Position numbers and translations under genes: made by a program. From the IMG/VR virus record IMGVR_UViG_3300012971_000031, positions 1 through 43,552 of that record: a stretch of 43,552 bases of DNA; one strand, written 5' to 3'. This document shows positions 7,915-17,882 of this stretch, in pieces (the first letter of the stretch is position 1; each line of letters starts with the position of its first letter). This stretch comes from a virus (Duplodnaviria; Caudoviricetes). Under the pieces are notes generated by a model. It was not told where the DNA came from, did no database searches, and saw only the letters and a list, made by a program, of their open reading frames with translations.

Positions 7915-9582
7915 GTGTCTGATACTGATACAGTTGAAACCGAAACCGAAACCAAACAAAGCCGCACTTATGATCTTGATAACCTAACCGTCAGGTCAGT
8001 AGGCCTAGGCAAACGTGAGCCGTCTCACATTGACGGCACTAACATAGGTAATCCAGCTGATAATAATAACAACCTGCGCTCAGCAGCCGTCTCAAACATA
8101 GAGTATCAATATATCAGTAGCTCCGGTCCGCTATCGTCCTCAGCAGGACCAGCACTCAGAGACCCTTACACTTTCTCCATGAAGATACGCTTTGAGGAGG
8201 CCTACAGATGTGATCCTGTAGTCAGAGCGGCCATAAACAAAAAGACAGCCTTCGTTCTAGGCAAGTCTCTCTCGACTACTTTCGACCTCGTTGATACGTT
8301 CGTCAAACCCGAAGAGGCCAGGGCCGCCATGAACATCGTTCTTAGCGACCGAGAGATAGCCGATGCCAAGCGAGTCGTTGACCGCGTAGACCGTAAGTGT
8401 AACTTTCAGCAAAATCTAAAAGCTGCATTCATACAGGCCAAGGTTTTCGGTAGGTCAGCTATCCTCGTCGAAGGGCCCGAAAATGGGCTGCCTGTCAACA
8501 TGAAGATCTTGTCAAGCAAGCTGCTTGGCCAGGTCGTCATAGATCCTTACACTTGGAGACTTGAGCGGGTGCAGTACAATGCGCCAGGCGTCTACGGTTC
8601 TGGCAACTACTTGCAAGGCTCTGATATCGTCTACTTTACAAACTGTGACTATCATGTCTCGCCTTACACGATAGGCTACGGTCTCAGTGACCTCGAAGCC
8701 ATCGCTCACATCAGTGAGACAAATCGTATACTCAACGAGGAAGACCTCAAGGAGATCAACTACTCAATGTGGTCAGGCTTTGGCCTTCTCAAAGTCCCCA
8801 CTATAAGGAACGCTGCCGAGATCCAGTCTTTCCTGTCAAGCTTCAAGCCTGGCAGATGGTGTGCCATAAGCCAAGACATAACAGCCGAAGTCCATGAGCT
8901 GCAAAAAGACCTAGCTTCTCTTCTTACTGAACGCAATGAAAACGAGAAGCTTATTCTTCGAGACCTAGCCGTCCCAGCTGCCATTTTGGGGTTCGAGGAT
9001 ATCCAGAATTTTGCGACGCTTCAGGAGGTTATGCTCGCCTGGAAAGAGTCTGAGATAGAAGAGCAGCGCACCTGGATAAACTCGATAGTTGAACCACAGT
9101 GGTTTGACAGACTACTCGTACAAATCCTAGGAGTAGACGACCCTGACGACCTCAAAGTTAAGATAATACTAGCTTTTGAAGACATAGCCTTAGAAAATCT
9201 AAAGGACAAAGCCTTGGCAGTGATCCCACTTTACGAAGCGGGGATCCTTCCGCCAGACCGCGTACTTGAATATCTGGGCTTTGACGACGTAGCCGATCAG
9301 GTCCGTCTACTCCAAACCAAAAGCGACACCGCAATGAATCAGTTGCAGACGGTCGCACTTGAGCAGCAGGCAAAGCTAAATCCCAGGACGCCAAAGGCGG
9401 TTGACTTTCCACAACAGAGCTCGGCCCAAGGACTAAACCAAGAGCTGCAGCAGAATCTAAACGTTCAAGAGTCGCCCATTGACATAGGACAAAAAGGACA
9501 GAGGCCAGTGCCAGGAGCACCAAAGACCGGCAAAAGAGAAAGAATAGGTGCGTTAAACCTTTTAGCTTCTATACCCTCTTGA
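7915..9582 (+). CDS. Portal protein
   Basis: YRCDPVVRAAINKK; AKVFGRS; GYGLSDL; ILRDLAVPAAILG; position at the head of the module. Confidence 0.88.
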   Translation: MSDTDTVETETETKQSRTYDLDNLTVRSVGLGKREPSHIDGTNIGNPADNNNNLRSAAVSNIEYQYISSSGPLSSSAGPALRDPYTFSMKIRFEEAYRCDPVVRAAINKKTAFVLGKSLSTTFDLVDTFVKPEEARAAMNIVLSDREIADAKRVVDRVDRKCNFQQNLKAAFIQAKVFGRSAILVEGPENGLPVNMKILSSKLLGQVVIDPYTWRLERVQYNAPGVYGSGNYLQGSDIVYFTNCDYHVSPYTIGYGLSDLEAIAHISETNRILNEEDLKEINYSMWSGFGLLKVPTIRNAAEIQSFLSSFKPGRWCAISQDITAEVHELQKDLASLLTERNENEKLILRDLAVPAAILGFEDIQNFATLQEVMLAWKESEIEEQRTWINSIVEPQWFDRLLVQILGVDDPDDLKVKIILAFEDIALENLKDKALAVIPLYEAGILPPDRVLEYLGFDDVADQVRLLQTKSDTAMNQLQTVALEQQAKLNPRTPKAVDFPQQSSAQGLNQELQQNLNVQESPIDIGQKGQRPVPGAPKTGKRERIGALNLLASIPS

Positions 9583-9597
9583 TTATATTATAGTAAT

Positions 9598-10605
9598 ATG
9601 TCAGCAGGAGTCGTCGCAACACCAACCTATCAGGGAGTAACCAAGCTACCAACAGCTGCGCACCTTCGAACGAATTTGTCAAACGGTAACGTTCGCGTTA
9701 GCTCACAGACAAACTCTGTAGGAGGTCAGCCAGCTTTTTACGAGATAACAGGCGGCTCTATAACTAATAATGTCAAGCTTTCACTTCCTGCTATCTCAAG
9801 CGATGATACTCTGGTCACCCAGAATGATAACGTTACCTGGGGAGGCGGTCACCTGTTTACAAACGGCCTTAACGCAACTGGTCCCATCGTAACAAACAGC
9901 TCTCTATCAGGTCAGAGTATAAGCGCCGGCAACTTAACGGTAAACTCTGCTCTAAACTCGGGCGGCTCGATAACCGCAGGCGACACACTCACCGCAAAGA
10001 ATCACGTAATAGCAGGCCAAAAGATACAGTCTGGCTCAGACGGTACGATAGGTGGCAATCTCTCGGCAGCGGCAAGTGCATTTAACGTCGATACTACTAA
10101 ACTTACTCATACTGGTACCGGTGCTAACGCCCTCACAGGCTCTCTTAGAGCAGCTACAAATTTCTTTACCGACTCTACGCAGATTACTCATAGCGCTGGT
10201 AACTTCGCTACCAACTCGTCAGGAATACAACATCAGGGAGGAATAAACTTGTTTACTGCTAGTTCAACCAACTGGTCAGTTGGCAGCACCACCGTGAACC
10301 ACACACTTAATTCGTATACCATGGGCCCCACCGCCTTAGGCTACGGCAGCGGCACTCATTTGAGTTTGTTTAACAATCTTAGCAGCGTCAGCGACAATGA
10401 TTTTTTCAGTATAAACTTCGGTACTACTAAGGGTATAATCTTCGGGAGGACTACGTCAAACAAGTTTGGCTTTTACAATACCGGCGGCGTCAACCAAGCC
10501 GCTGGAGGCGTTAGAACTGCTGGCGCTAGTTGGACTAGCAACGAACAATACATGCTTGGCCAGGCTTACGGACAAATGAGGCTCTTGGGACTGCTTTCGC
10601 CTTGA
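9598..10605 (+). CDS. Fibre/spike-like virion protein
   Basis: G/S/T/N-rich beta-repeat body; C-terminal KFGFY...MRLLGLL motif typical of fibre tips. Confidence 0.6.
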   Translation: MSAGVVATPTYQGVTKLPTAAHLRTNLSNGNVRVSSQTNSVGGQPAFYEITGGSITNNVKLSLPAISSDDTLVTQNDNVTWGGGHLFTNGLNATGPIVTNSSLSGQSISAGNLTVNSALNSGGSITAGDTLTAKNHVIAGQKIQSGSDGTIGGNLSAAASAFNVDTTKLTHTGTGANALTGSLRAATNFFTDSTQITHSAGNFATNSSGIQHQGGINLFTASSTNWSVGSTTVNHTLNSYTMGPTALGYGSGTHLSLFNNLSSVSDNDFFSINFGTTKGIIFGRTTSNKFGFYNTGGVNQAAGGVRTAGASWTSNEQYMLGQAYGQMRLLGLLSP

Positions 10606-10859
10606 GCTGGAAAGATGAAGCCAGCGGAGTCACAATAGTTCATCCAGCACCTTGTGCTTGTGGCTGCTTCTGTTCAGCTTCATGTGACTGTACGTGTGAT
10701 TGTATCTTTTGTACAGAGTATAAAAAGTCTGGCTGGGAGCATGGCGAGGAGCACTTGAAGCGCCTTGCTACCTGCAACTGCGCCTTATGTCAGAAAGTTA
10801 ACGCAGGAGCAAAAGATAGATTCCAGTCCGACGGTTCCATAAAAAAGAAAGTTGTCTGA
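10602..10859 (+). CDS. Cys-rich metallothionein-like protein
   Basis: CACGCFCSASCDCTCDCIFC...CNCALC (12 Cys in 85 aa). Confidence 0.6.
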   Translation: MSWKDEASGVTIVHPAPCACGCFCSASCDCTCDCIFCTEYKKSGWEHGEEHLKRLATCNCALCQKVNAGAKDRFQSDGSIKKKVV

Positions 10860-11115
10860 CTCTTTACCAAAGCACGAAAAGGACTTTGTACAGAAGCGAG
10901 AGCTGGTTGACATTTCAACCAAGCTTACCGAGACTGAGGTAGAAAATCAAAAGCTACAAAAGGAAATCGAGCGCCTAACTAAGGAAAACGAGCTTTTTAG
11001 AAAAGCTCTCGCAGAGGTCGAGGTTGAAAAGGCGATCCTGGCCTACAACCAGCTAGGCAGCTCAGTAAAAATAAGAATGCTCTTACAAGACGGCACGGCA
11101 GCAGTAGTAGGGTAG
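10852..11115 (+). CDS. Coiled-coil protein (possible fibre chaperone)
   Basis: Heptads LTETEVENQKLQKEIERLTKENELF. Confidence 0.6.
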   Translation: MSDSLPKHEKDFVQKRELVDISTKLTETEVENQKLQKEIERLTKENELFRKALAEVEVEKAILAYNQLGSSVKIRMLLQDGTAAVVG

Positions 11116-11167
11116 TAGTAGTAGTTTAGTTCTCTATTCCGATCTTGCGACTCGTCTTCTGAATACA

Positions 11168-11809
11168 GTGACATCACTCAGAGAAGACACTAAAGTTAAC
11201 GACGGTCTTGGCATAAAAGTAATCCGTTATAATAGTTGGCAACGTAAAGCTAAACGCGCTTTCGGCCTAGAGCCTCGCACGGTTAAAGCAAATGCAAACT
11301 GCAAGTCTACCTCCCTAGACTTGGCAGATCATACTTTCGGCTGCGGCTTTCTCACTGCTCAAGTAAGACGATGGAACTCTGAGCGAAAGCAATACAACGA
11401 CTGGCAGGTTATTACAGAAAACCAGCATAACCTTCTTACGAACGGAGGTCGCGACTTTTTCCATCAGCAATGCTACAAAGATAGCGGCCTTGGAACTGCC
11501 GGCACCGCCTGGGTAGCAGTCACAACTACCGCGGTAACGCCAGCAGCAGGTGATACCACTTTATCTGGTGAGATGACAACGCTAGGCTTTGCTAGAGCGT
11601 TGGGAACATATGCGCACACTGCTGGTACTAATGCCACAACTAACACTGTAACCTATACCGCTACCGGAACGGCTACCAACGTCCAAGCTTCCGGACTATT
11701 CAACCAGTTAGCTGTTGGTGGCACGCTATCACACGAGGCTACATTTACGGCGACCAGCTTTGTATCAGGCGACCAGTTAGGTTTGACTTGGACTTTGAAC
11801 TTGGGCTAG
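11168..11809 (+). CDS. Virion structural protein
   Basis: HNLLTNGGRD...AVT...AAGDTTLSGE...GLFN...GDQLGLTWTL pattern seen in phage minor structural proteins. Confidence 0.7.
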   Translation: MTSLREDTKVNDGLGIKVIRYNSWQRKAKRAFGLEPRTVKANANCKSTSLDLADHTFGCGFLTAQVRRWNSERKQYNDWQVITENQHNLLTNGGRDFFHQQCYKDSGLGTAGTAWVAVTTTAVTPAAGDTTLSGEMTTLGFARALGTYAHTAGTNATTNTVTYTATGTATNVQASGLFNQLAVGGTLSHEATFTATSFVSGDQLGLTWTLNLG

Positions 11810-11824
11810 GATGAGCTATCTAGC

Positions 11825-12310
11825 TTGGCTCAATATGTCACGGTAGTACAGGCAACATCAAACTCCACAATAAACACAGAGGATCTTTTCCTCGAGTTAA
11901 AGGCTCCAACCGGAGTAACCATAAAAATAAAACGGGTCAGGGTAGGCTTCTCAGACGGAACGGACACTGCCGGCGTAGACAACTATTTTCGTATAAAGTT
12001 CGTAAGGTATGACACTACCACAGCAGGAACCACGGCAGCGCCTACTGTCAGTATGGTGCCCAAGAATGCCAATTTTGTTGCTGCCGTCTCTACCGTCAAA
12101 GGAAAGTCTACGACAACAGCATGCGCTTTAGGTACTACTAACGTCACAGTAGTCGATCTTATCTCAGTAAACGGGCGTGCGCTATACGAATTCATTGCTA
12201 GAGACGAAGACGATTATATCGTTGTAAAGCCCGCATCTCTGTTTTGTGTGGCCCTGCAGTCAGGTGTAGTCTCACAAAAGTTTACAGTCACAGTCGAGCA
12301 TGTCGAATAA
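11825..12310 (+). CDS. Beta-rich structural protein (paralog A)
   Basis: Aligns along its length with the next ORF (APT..I.I, SDGTDT, STVK, DEDD.IV). Confidence 0.7.
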   Translation: MAQYVTVVQATSNSTINTEDLFLELKAPTGVTIKIKRVRVGFSDGTDTAGVDNYFRIKFVRYDTTTAGTTAAPTVSMVPKNANFVAAVSTVKGKSTTTACALGTTNVTVVDLISVNGRALYEFIARDEDDYIVVKPASLFCVALQSGVVSQKFTVTVEHVE

Positions 12311-12729
12311 TGACAAACGTCTACTCTGTCTATGAGCAAGGAGCATACACAGCCAACACAGAATCCTTAGCCGTAGAGATAGATGCTCCCACCAACGTCG
12401 AGATAAGAATAAGAAAGATAAGGATAACTGCCTCCGATGGAACTGACACTACCGTTCCAGACTACTACACAAAGCTGAGACTTGTAATAGAGTCGGCCGC
12501 AGGTTCAGGGGGCACGACCTTCACTCCAGTCCCAAACGACGCAAACGCTCCCGCTGCCGCAAGTACCGTAAAAACCGGTCCTTTCACTATTGGGACGGTC
12601 AGTAGTACTATAGATACCTTGTCGGTTCATTCTGGCACAGACTTTAACTGGGAAGCAAAAGACGAGGACGACAAGATAGTCATAGCCCCTGGAGGAATAT
12701 TTGCAGTTACTTTGAACCCAGCCCACTAG
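12310..12729 (+). CDS. Beta-rich structural protein (paralog B; true start ATG 12310)
   Basis: TAATG overlap; similarity to 11825..12310. Confidence 0.7.
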   Translation: MTNVYSVYEQGAYTANTESLAVEIDAPTNVEIRIRKIRITASDGTDTTVPDYYTKLRLVIESAAGSGGTTFTPVPNDANAPAAASTVKTGPFTIGTVSSTIDTLSVHSGTDFNWEAKDEDDKIVIAPGGIFAVTLNPAH

Positions 12730-12743
12730 CTAACTGACCAGTA

Positions 12744-13442
12744 ATGACAAAGCTGTACTTTCACAATGCAACGAGTTCGGTCTCCGGTACTTTGCCGACT
12801 ACCAAGCAGGGTGCGTATACGACCGCTCTGGTCTCTGTCGATGCTTATACCGTGAATCGTTCGATGAGTACCACAATTGGAACGTCTCAGACAACGCAAC
12901 AATCACCAACTATGAGCAGCACGAACAAGACTGTTTACTTTACAAAGTTCGTATCTGACACACTAACTTCGACCAGTATAGCCGCTGACACTTGGAACTA
13001 TGCATTTGCAGCCCAAGAGTCGGCGGCGACTGGGAACTTCCCCGTGACTACGACCGGAGCGGTCAATGTTACAGTCTATGTTTGGAGACCAGGCACTGGC
13101 ACCAAGATTGGTACGATAATGGATGGTAATAGTAGCGGCACAGGGTTCACCGAGCCCAGCAGTACCAACACAGAAAAGTCAGTCTTTGGAACGTTCACCG
13201 GCTCCGCAGTTACTTGTCAGGCTGGAGACGTAATCATAATGGAGGTCTACTTCGCGACTGCTGCCACCTCTGCGGGCTTTGTTTCGTTCTTTTACTTTGA
13301 TGGAACGACTGAGACAAATAATAACGGTACAACTGTGAGCAGCCATGCCTCGTACATAGAGAGCCCTGGCCAGACCCTTACCTTTGGTGCGCCATCTGTA
13401 ACCCTCAACCGTACCGTTTATGTCGAGTTCGAGGAGCAGTGA
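12744..13442 (+). CDS. Thr/Ser-rich virion appendage protein
   Basis: MTKLYFH...VTVYVWRP...QAGDVIIMEV; beta-sandwich-like composition. Confidence 0.6.
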   Translation: MTKLYFHNATSSVSGTLPTTKQGAYTTALVSVDAYTVNRSMSTTIGTSQTTQQSPTMSSTNKTVYFTKFVSDTLTSTSIAADTWNYAFAAQESAATGNFPVTTTGAVNVTVYVWRPGTGTKIGTIMDGNSSGTGFTEPSSTNTEKSVFGTFTGSAVTCQAGDVIIMEVYFATAATSAGFVSFFYFDGTTETNNNGTTVSSHASYIESPGQTLTFGAPSVTLNRTVYVEFEEQ

Positions 13443-13452
13443 GTAAGGTAGC

Positions 13453-16131
13453 TTGGTGGCAACAACTGTAACGATGATGATCTGTGCGGTACACAATTAT
13501 CCCACTTCTACCAGTACAACCACCAACATCGCTCCTACCGCCCAGGTTACCGCCACGGTAGTAGAGAAGCAGCGTATTCAGTCCCAGCAAGCGGGTGCAT
13601 ACCCGTTCCCCACGAACCTTTGGAAGCTGATACTTAAGCCACTCGTTCAGCTCTATACCAGGACTGCAAGTGATACGACCAGCATCTCTGAGACACTGGC
13701 TAGAACGCCTAAACCCAAAATAGCGACGGAGACAGTTACCGTCTCAGCTGGCTCAATATTAAGAAAGCCCATGCCACTGATAGCTACTCAAACAACCACC
13801 ATATCAGAAGCACTAACAAGGTTTGCTCACTTTTTCAGGGCTCTGAGTGAGACCGTAGCCAAGGCCGAAAGCCTTCTCAGAAAACCACGGCCCAGCATAG
13901 CAACTCAGACCACTACGATATCGGACTCTCTGGTTTCGAGAAAAATCAAGGGCTTTATTCTTACCGAGACAGTCACCATCTCAGAGCTCTTGAAGAGAAA
14001 AGCGCTACCCAAGGTGGCTACTCAGACGACCACAGTAAGCGAATCAGTTGCAAGGTTCGCTCATTTCTTCAGGACTTGCGCAGATACCGTCTCAAAAGCC
14101 GAAAGTATACTACGGACTGCAAAGCCCAAAATCGCAACGCAGTCGACCACCATCGCAGAAAGCCTCTCAAGGTTTGCTCACTTTTTCAGAACGTTATCGG
14201 AGTCAAAGTCTATCGCCGACTCCTTGACAAGAAAGCCCAAACCATTCGTAGCCAGTCAAACGACAACCGTAGCGGAACTCCTAAAAAGAAAAGCCCTGCC
14301 AAAAATTGCCACAGAGACGACAAGTATCTCAGACTCTCTAGTCAAAGTCAAGCGCTACATTAGAACAATAGCCGAGACGGCTGTAACAATCTCGGAGCTC
14401 CTGAAAAGGAAGGCCCTGCCAAAGATAGCGACGCAGGTAACGACCATCTCCGATGCTTTATCAGCGGCCAAGGGCGGTCTAAAGCAGATATCGGTAAGCG
14501 ACACGGTTGTCATAACCGAGTCAATAAAGCGCCTAGTGAAAAGACCGATTCCAGTCTTTTCGATGTACGACGACTTTGAGGCAGGGACGTATACTTACAC
14601 GGCAGACGCTCAGGCCTCGTCTAACGGCAAGTGGTTCGAGAGGTTTCTGTCTGGCGGTACCGCAGGCGTTCGTTCATCGTCAGGCGGCACTCACGCCGGT
14701 TCGTTAGTGGTCTGGGAAAAACCGACGGCCGCAACCAGTTCGGGTCAAACCTTCAGTACTCTTATCACGTCGACCTCAAACTACACAAATTTTACACTTG
14801 AGCTAGACATGCGAACAATCCAGCAGCTTCGTACTGGCTCGACGCCCAACAACTGGGAGACAGCCTGGGTGAACTGGCATTGGACCGACAACCAGCATCT
14901 CTACTACTTTGTACTAAAAATGTCAGGAGTCGAGCTGGGAAAGGTCGACACAGGTGGCACCCAAATCATACTTGACACACCCGGCACACCCTTCACTTTA
15001 ACCCTAAACCAGTGGTACCATGTCAAGGTAGTCGTAAACGGCAATCACTTTAGATGCTTTGTCGATGGCACCTTATACAGCGACTACAAAGACGTAGGAG
15101 TCGGCGGCTTTCCAGCTCCCCCAACAAACTATCCCCCAACGTCTACTTTGTACAGCGGTAAGGTCTCGCTCTACTGTGAAGACTCTGAGGCAGAGTTCGA
15201 TAACGTCAGCATAACGGTTAGTGAAGGCGCTGCTATAGCTGGAGCACCCGAGTCTATAGCGCCGCTCATAAGAAAGGCGATGCCGCTTATAGCGACTCAA
15301 ACCGTAACGGTAGCCGCCGGCACAGTCTCGAGGTTTGCCCATTTCTTCAGGATAGCTACAGACACGACAACAATAGCCGACTCTCTCGTTAAGGTTGGAA
15401 AACATTTTAGGCAGCTGGTAGATTCTGCTTCGATCTCCGACTCTTTAACAAGATTCGCCCACTTTTTCAGAAGCATCTCGCAGTCGACCACACTAACCGG
15501 AACGGTTGTAGCCGTGAAGGGCAAGTTTTTCAATCTCGCTCAAACCGTAACAGTCTCCGACTCGCTGGCAAGGGTAGCGAAACACTTCCGCGCCCCGACA
15601 TCGGAAAACACGACAATATCGGAGAGCATAGCCAGAAAGATAGGCCGAAGACTCTCGGATACTACGACGATAGGCGAGCTGCTTGTGAGAGTAAAAGGCA
15701 GATTCTTTAACCTCGTTCAAACCGTGACGGTCTCAGATTCGCTAGCTAGAACTGCCAAGCACTTTAGAACGATGCAAGAGACCTTAACGACCGTTGATAG
15801 CATCAAGCGAAAGGTAAGCCGTAAAATATCTACTCAAACAGTAGCCATAGTTGACAACCTCTTTGCTGGAGGCAGGAGGTTCTATAACATCTTTGTCACT
15901 GACGCCGTCTCAGTCTCCGACTCGTTAAGCATATCGACATACATCGCCAAGATAATCTCCTCAGTCGGTGGAATAGGCGGCGGCTTTGCTGGAGCGGGCG
16001 AAAGAAGTGCTAGGCCAGTCCCTATGAAGGAATACAGGTACAACTATAGAGCAGGCCTAACCTTTACAAAAGACTGGACTATGCCATTTAGAAAGTTCAT
16101 GAGAGGCAAGAAAAACTCGCGGCCCCTCTAA
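13453..16131 (+). CDS. Repeat-stalk adhesin with an inserted ConA/DUF1080-like domain
   Basis: Many (T/S)(E/Q)TxTIS(E/D)SLxR repeats; central YDDFE...NFTLELDM...LNQWYHVKVVVNG...GKVSLY..EFDNVSI at about 14550-15220. Confidence 0.7.
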   Translation: MVATTVTMMICAVHNYPTSTSTTTNIAPTAQVTATVVEKQRIQSQQAGAYPFPTNLWKLILKPLVQLYTRTASDTTSISETLARTPKPKIATETVTVSAGSILRKPMPLIATQTTTISEALTRFAHFFRALSETVAKAESLLRKPRPSIATQTTTISDSLVSRKIKGFILTETVTISELLKRKALPKVATQTTTVSESVARFAHFFRTCADTVSKAESILRTAKPKIATQSTTIAESLSRFAHFFRTLSESKSIADSLTRKPKPFVASQTTTVAELLKRKALPKIATETTSISDSLVKVKRYIRTIAETAVTISELLKRKALPKIATQVTTISDALSAAKGGLKQISVSDTVVITESIKRLVKRPIPVFSMYDDFEAGTYTYTADAQASSNGKWFERFLSGGTAGVRSSSGGTHAGSLVVWEKPTAATSSGQTFSTLITSTSNYTNFTLELDMRTIQQLRTGSTPNNWETAWVNWHWTDNQHLYYFVLKMSGVELGKVDTGGTQIILDTPGTPFTLTLNQWYHVKVVVNGNHFRCFVDGTLYSDYKDVGVGGFPAPPTNYPPTSTLYSGKVSLYCEDSEAEFDNVSITVSEGAAIAGAPESIAPLIRKAMPLIATQTVTVAAGTVSRFAHFFRIATDTTTIADSLVKVGKHFRQLVDSASISDSLTRFAHFFRSISQSTTLTGTVVAVKGKFFNLAQTVTVSDSLARVAKHFRAPTSENTTISESIARKIGRRLSDTTTIGELLVRVKGRFFNLVQTVTVSDSLARTAKHFRTMQETLTTVDSIKRKVSRKISTQTVAIVDNLFAGGRRFYNIFVTDAVSVSDSLSISTYIAKIISSVGGIGGGFAGAGERSARPVPMKEYRYNYRAGLTFTKDWTMPFRKFMRGKKNSRPL

Positions 16132-16180
16132 TCTAGTTCTCGTTAGTCCTAACGAATAGCTCTCAAGCACGTCAGTAAAC

Positions 16181-17326
16181 ATTGCAGACATACGACAGCA
16201 ACGTCGGAATCTCTTAGCTCAGTCGAGTCCAAGCCCGTCCTCAAGAAAAGGCGAAATAAGAAAAGCGAGACAGAAAGAAGCGTTAGCCATTGAGAAAGAC
16301 GCCAGGGACCACCTTAATCGCGTTCTGGTTGATATCGCTGCCGGTTCTACTAATGATATTTCTGTCATACAGCGTGTCTACTCGAACGAAGTCGAGGACA
16401 TAATCAGGGCAGCTGCTAACAACGCCTTTATCAGTGGCGTAAACTATATCGCGAACCTCAAACGACAAAACCACAAGACCTACTTAACCACTCCCGATAT
16501 AGCCACGATAAAGACTCTGACAGCGGAGTTTGAGCAGATATTCTGGAGAAGAGTTGCAGCTGTGCTGCATCAGAAAGACGTCATTGGCTCTATCTTATCT
16601 GCACGTTTTTCAACCAAGTCAAAGCTCTCCCTTACAAACATAGTCTCGGGCTTTGTAGTCAGGCTCGTCACAAAAGCTATAGCACTCGGCACCCTTGCGA
16701 AAAGCAAGGCGCTTTCGGATAGAGCGCGGTCTCAGTCTCAACTGTTGCTGAATGTACCCCATTTCGCAGCCGCGCTCCGTTCGGCCGCTGCTCTTGCTCT
16801 TACTGCTCAACAAATGAGGGCGGCTGATAAAGCGAAGCCGAGAGCGCCCCTTCCCCTCCACTTTCCAACCGATCCAAGAAAGCCGCTTTTAACGCCCGTA
16901 ATAGATCCCGACCTTCTCAAACAGATACAGGACGATAAGCAGCTGCGAAAAGAGCTGGACGTAGCTGAGCAAAAACGCAGGGAAGACCTAGCTAACAGCA
17001 TGCTAGGCGTGACCAGCTCGATACTCACAGCCCTTCCAGCACTCGAGTCACTTAGTCCTGATACTCCTGCCAGTCAAACAGTAGATAATCCAGACGTCAT
17101 TAATGCAGACGAGGACACATCACCAGCGGAGCAAGCAGCTGCCACTGATACCACAGCAAGTCCAGGCAAAGACGTTTTTGAATGGGCCACAGAAGACGAC
17201 GATCGAGTTTGCCCCATCTGTCAAGAGCTGGAAGGTGAGCAATGGTCAGCCGACGATCCTGACATGCCAACGCCAGGATCCGACACGCATGATTCGTGCC
17301 GCTGCCGCTTAGATCTGGTTAGTTAA
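16181..17326 (+). CDS. MuF/SPP1 gp7-like minor head protein (frame open from 16160; probable ATT start)
   Basis: C-terminal WATEDDDRVCPIC..LEG...P..HDSCRCRL; no stop between 16160 and 16562. Confidence 0.8.
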   Translation: MADIRQQRRNLLAQSSPSPSSRKGEIRKARQKEALAIEKDARDHLNRVLVDIAAGSTNDISVIQRVYSNEVEDIIRAAANNAFISGVNYIANLKRQNHKTYLTTPDIATIKTLTAEFEQIFWRRVAAVLHQKDVIGSILSARFSTKSKLSLTNIVSGFVVRLVTKAIALGTLAKSKALSDRARSQSQLLLNVPHFAAALRSAAALALTAQQMRAADKAKPRAPLPLHFPTDPRKPLLTPVIDPDLLKQIQDDKQLRKELDVAEQKRREDLANSMLGVTSSILTALPALESLSPDTPASQTVDNPDVINADEDTSPAEQAAATDTTASPGKDVFEWATEDDDRVCPICQELEGEQWSADDPDMPTPGSDTHDSCRCRLDLVS

Positions 17327-17782
17327 GAATCTCCCTGTTACTGGATCGCGCTTTGTATTACAGTTTTTTTCCACGGTGCAAGCGCCGGTCTCCCAGTAAA
17401 GTTTTGAGTGATAGCTAGTGTGCTCCTTGTCTGTCATCAGCTGGAGGTTTTCAAGCCGGTTGTCCGTTTTGTCACCGTTGATATGATGGACCCGCTCGCC
17501 TTTAAGGAGAAACCTGCCGATATGCTTCTCCATAACCAAGATATGCTTTCGGACCCTGTACCGATAGTTTTTCTTTGCTCTCGGATGGCCTTCGCACTTT
17601 ACCATTATGTACCCTTGGGAGTTTAGCGACTCGCCGCCCTTCCAGTTGTAATGCTTGTCTCCCTTGAGGTTCCAGTAATGGTACGTGCCTTTATTCCCAT
17701 GACCTAAAACGTAGTCGTGGTTCCTGCCCCAGTTATCTTTCTCAGTTATCAAGACTTTGCAGCCACACTTGCACGGTTTCAT
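17309..17782 (-). CDS. Free-standing HNH homing endonuclease
   Basis: CKCGC, NWKGG, HILVMEKHIGRFL..ERVHHINGDKTDNRLENLQL; ATG 17782 likely start. Confidence 0.9.
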   Translation of the reverse strand: MKPCKCGCKVLITEKDNWGRNHDYVLGHGNKGTYHYWNLKGDKHYNWKGGESLNSQGYIMVKCEGHPRAKKNYRYRVRKHILVMEKHIGRFLLKGERVHHINGDKTDNRLENLQLMTDKEHTSYHSKLYWETGACTVEKNCNTKRDPVTGRFLTNQI

Positions 17783-17882
17783 ATAATCACCTAGTAGTAG
17801 GCAGTTAATAAACACCCACGATAGTTGTAAGACGACTTACTTCTCACGTTTCGCGCAGCGGCGTCTACAGCCATCATAAAAA

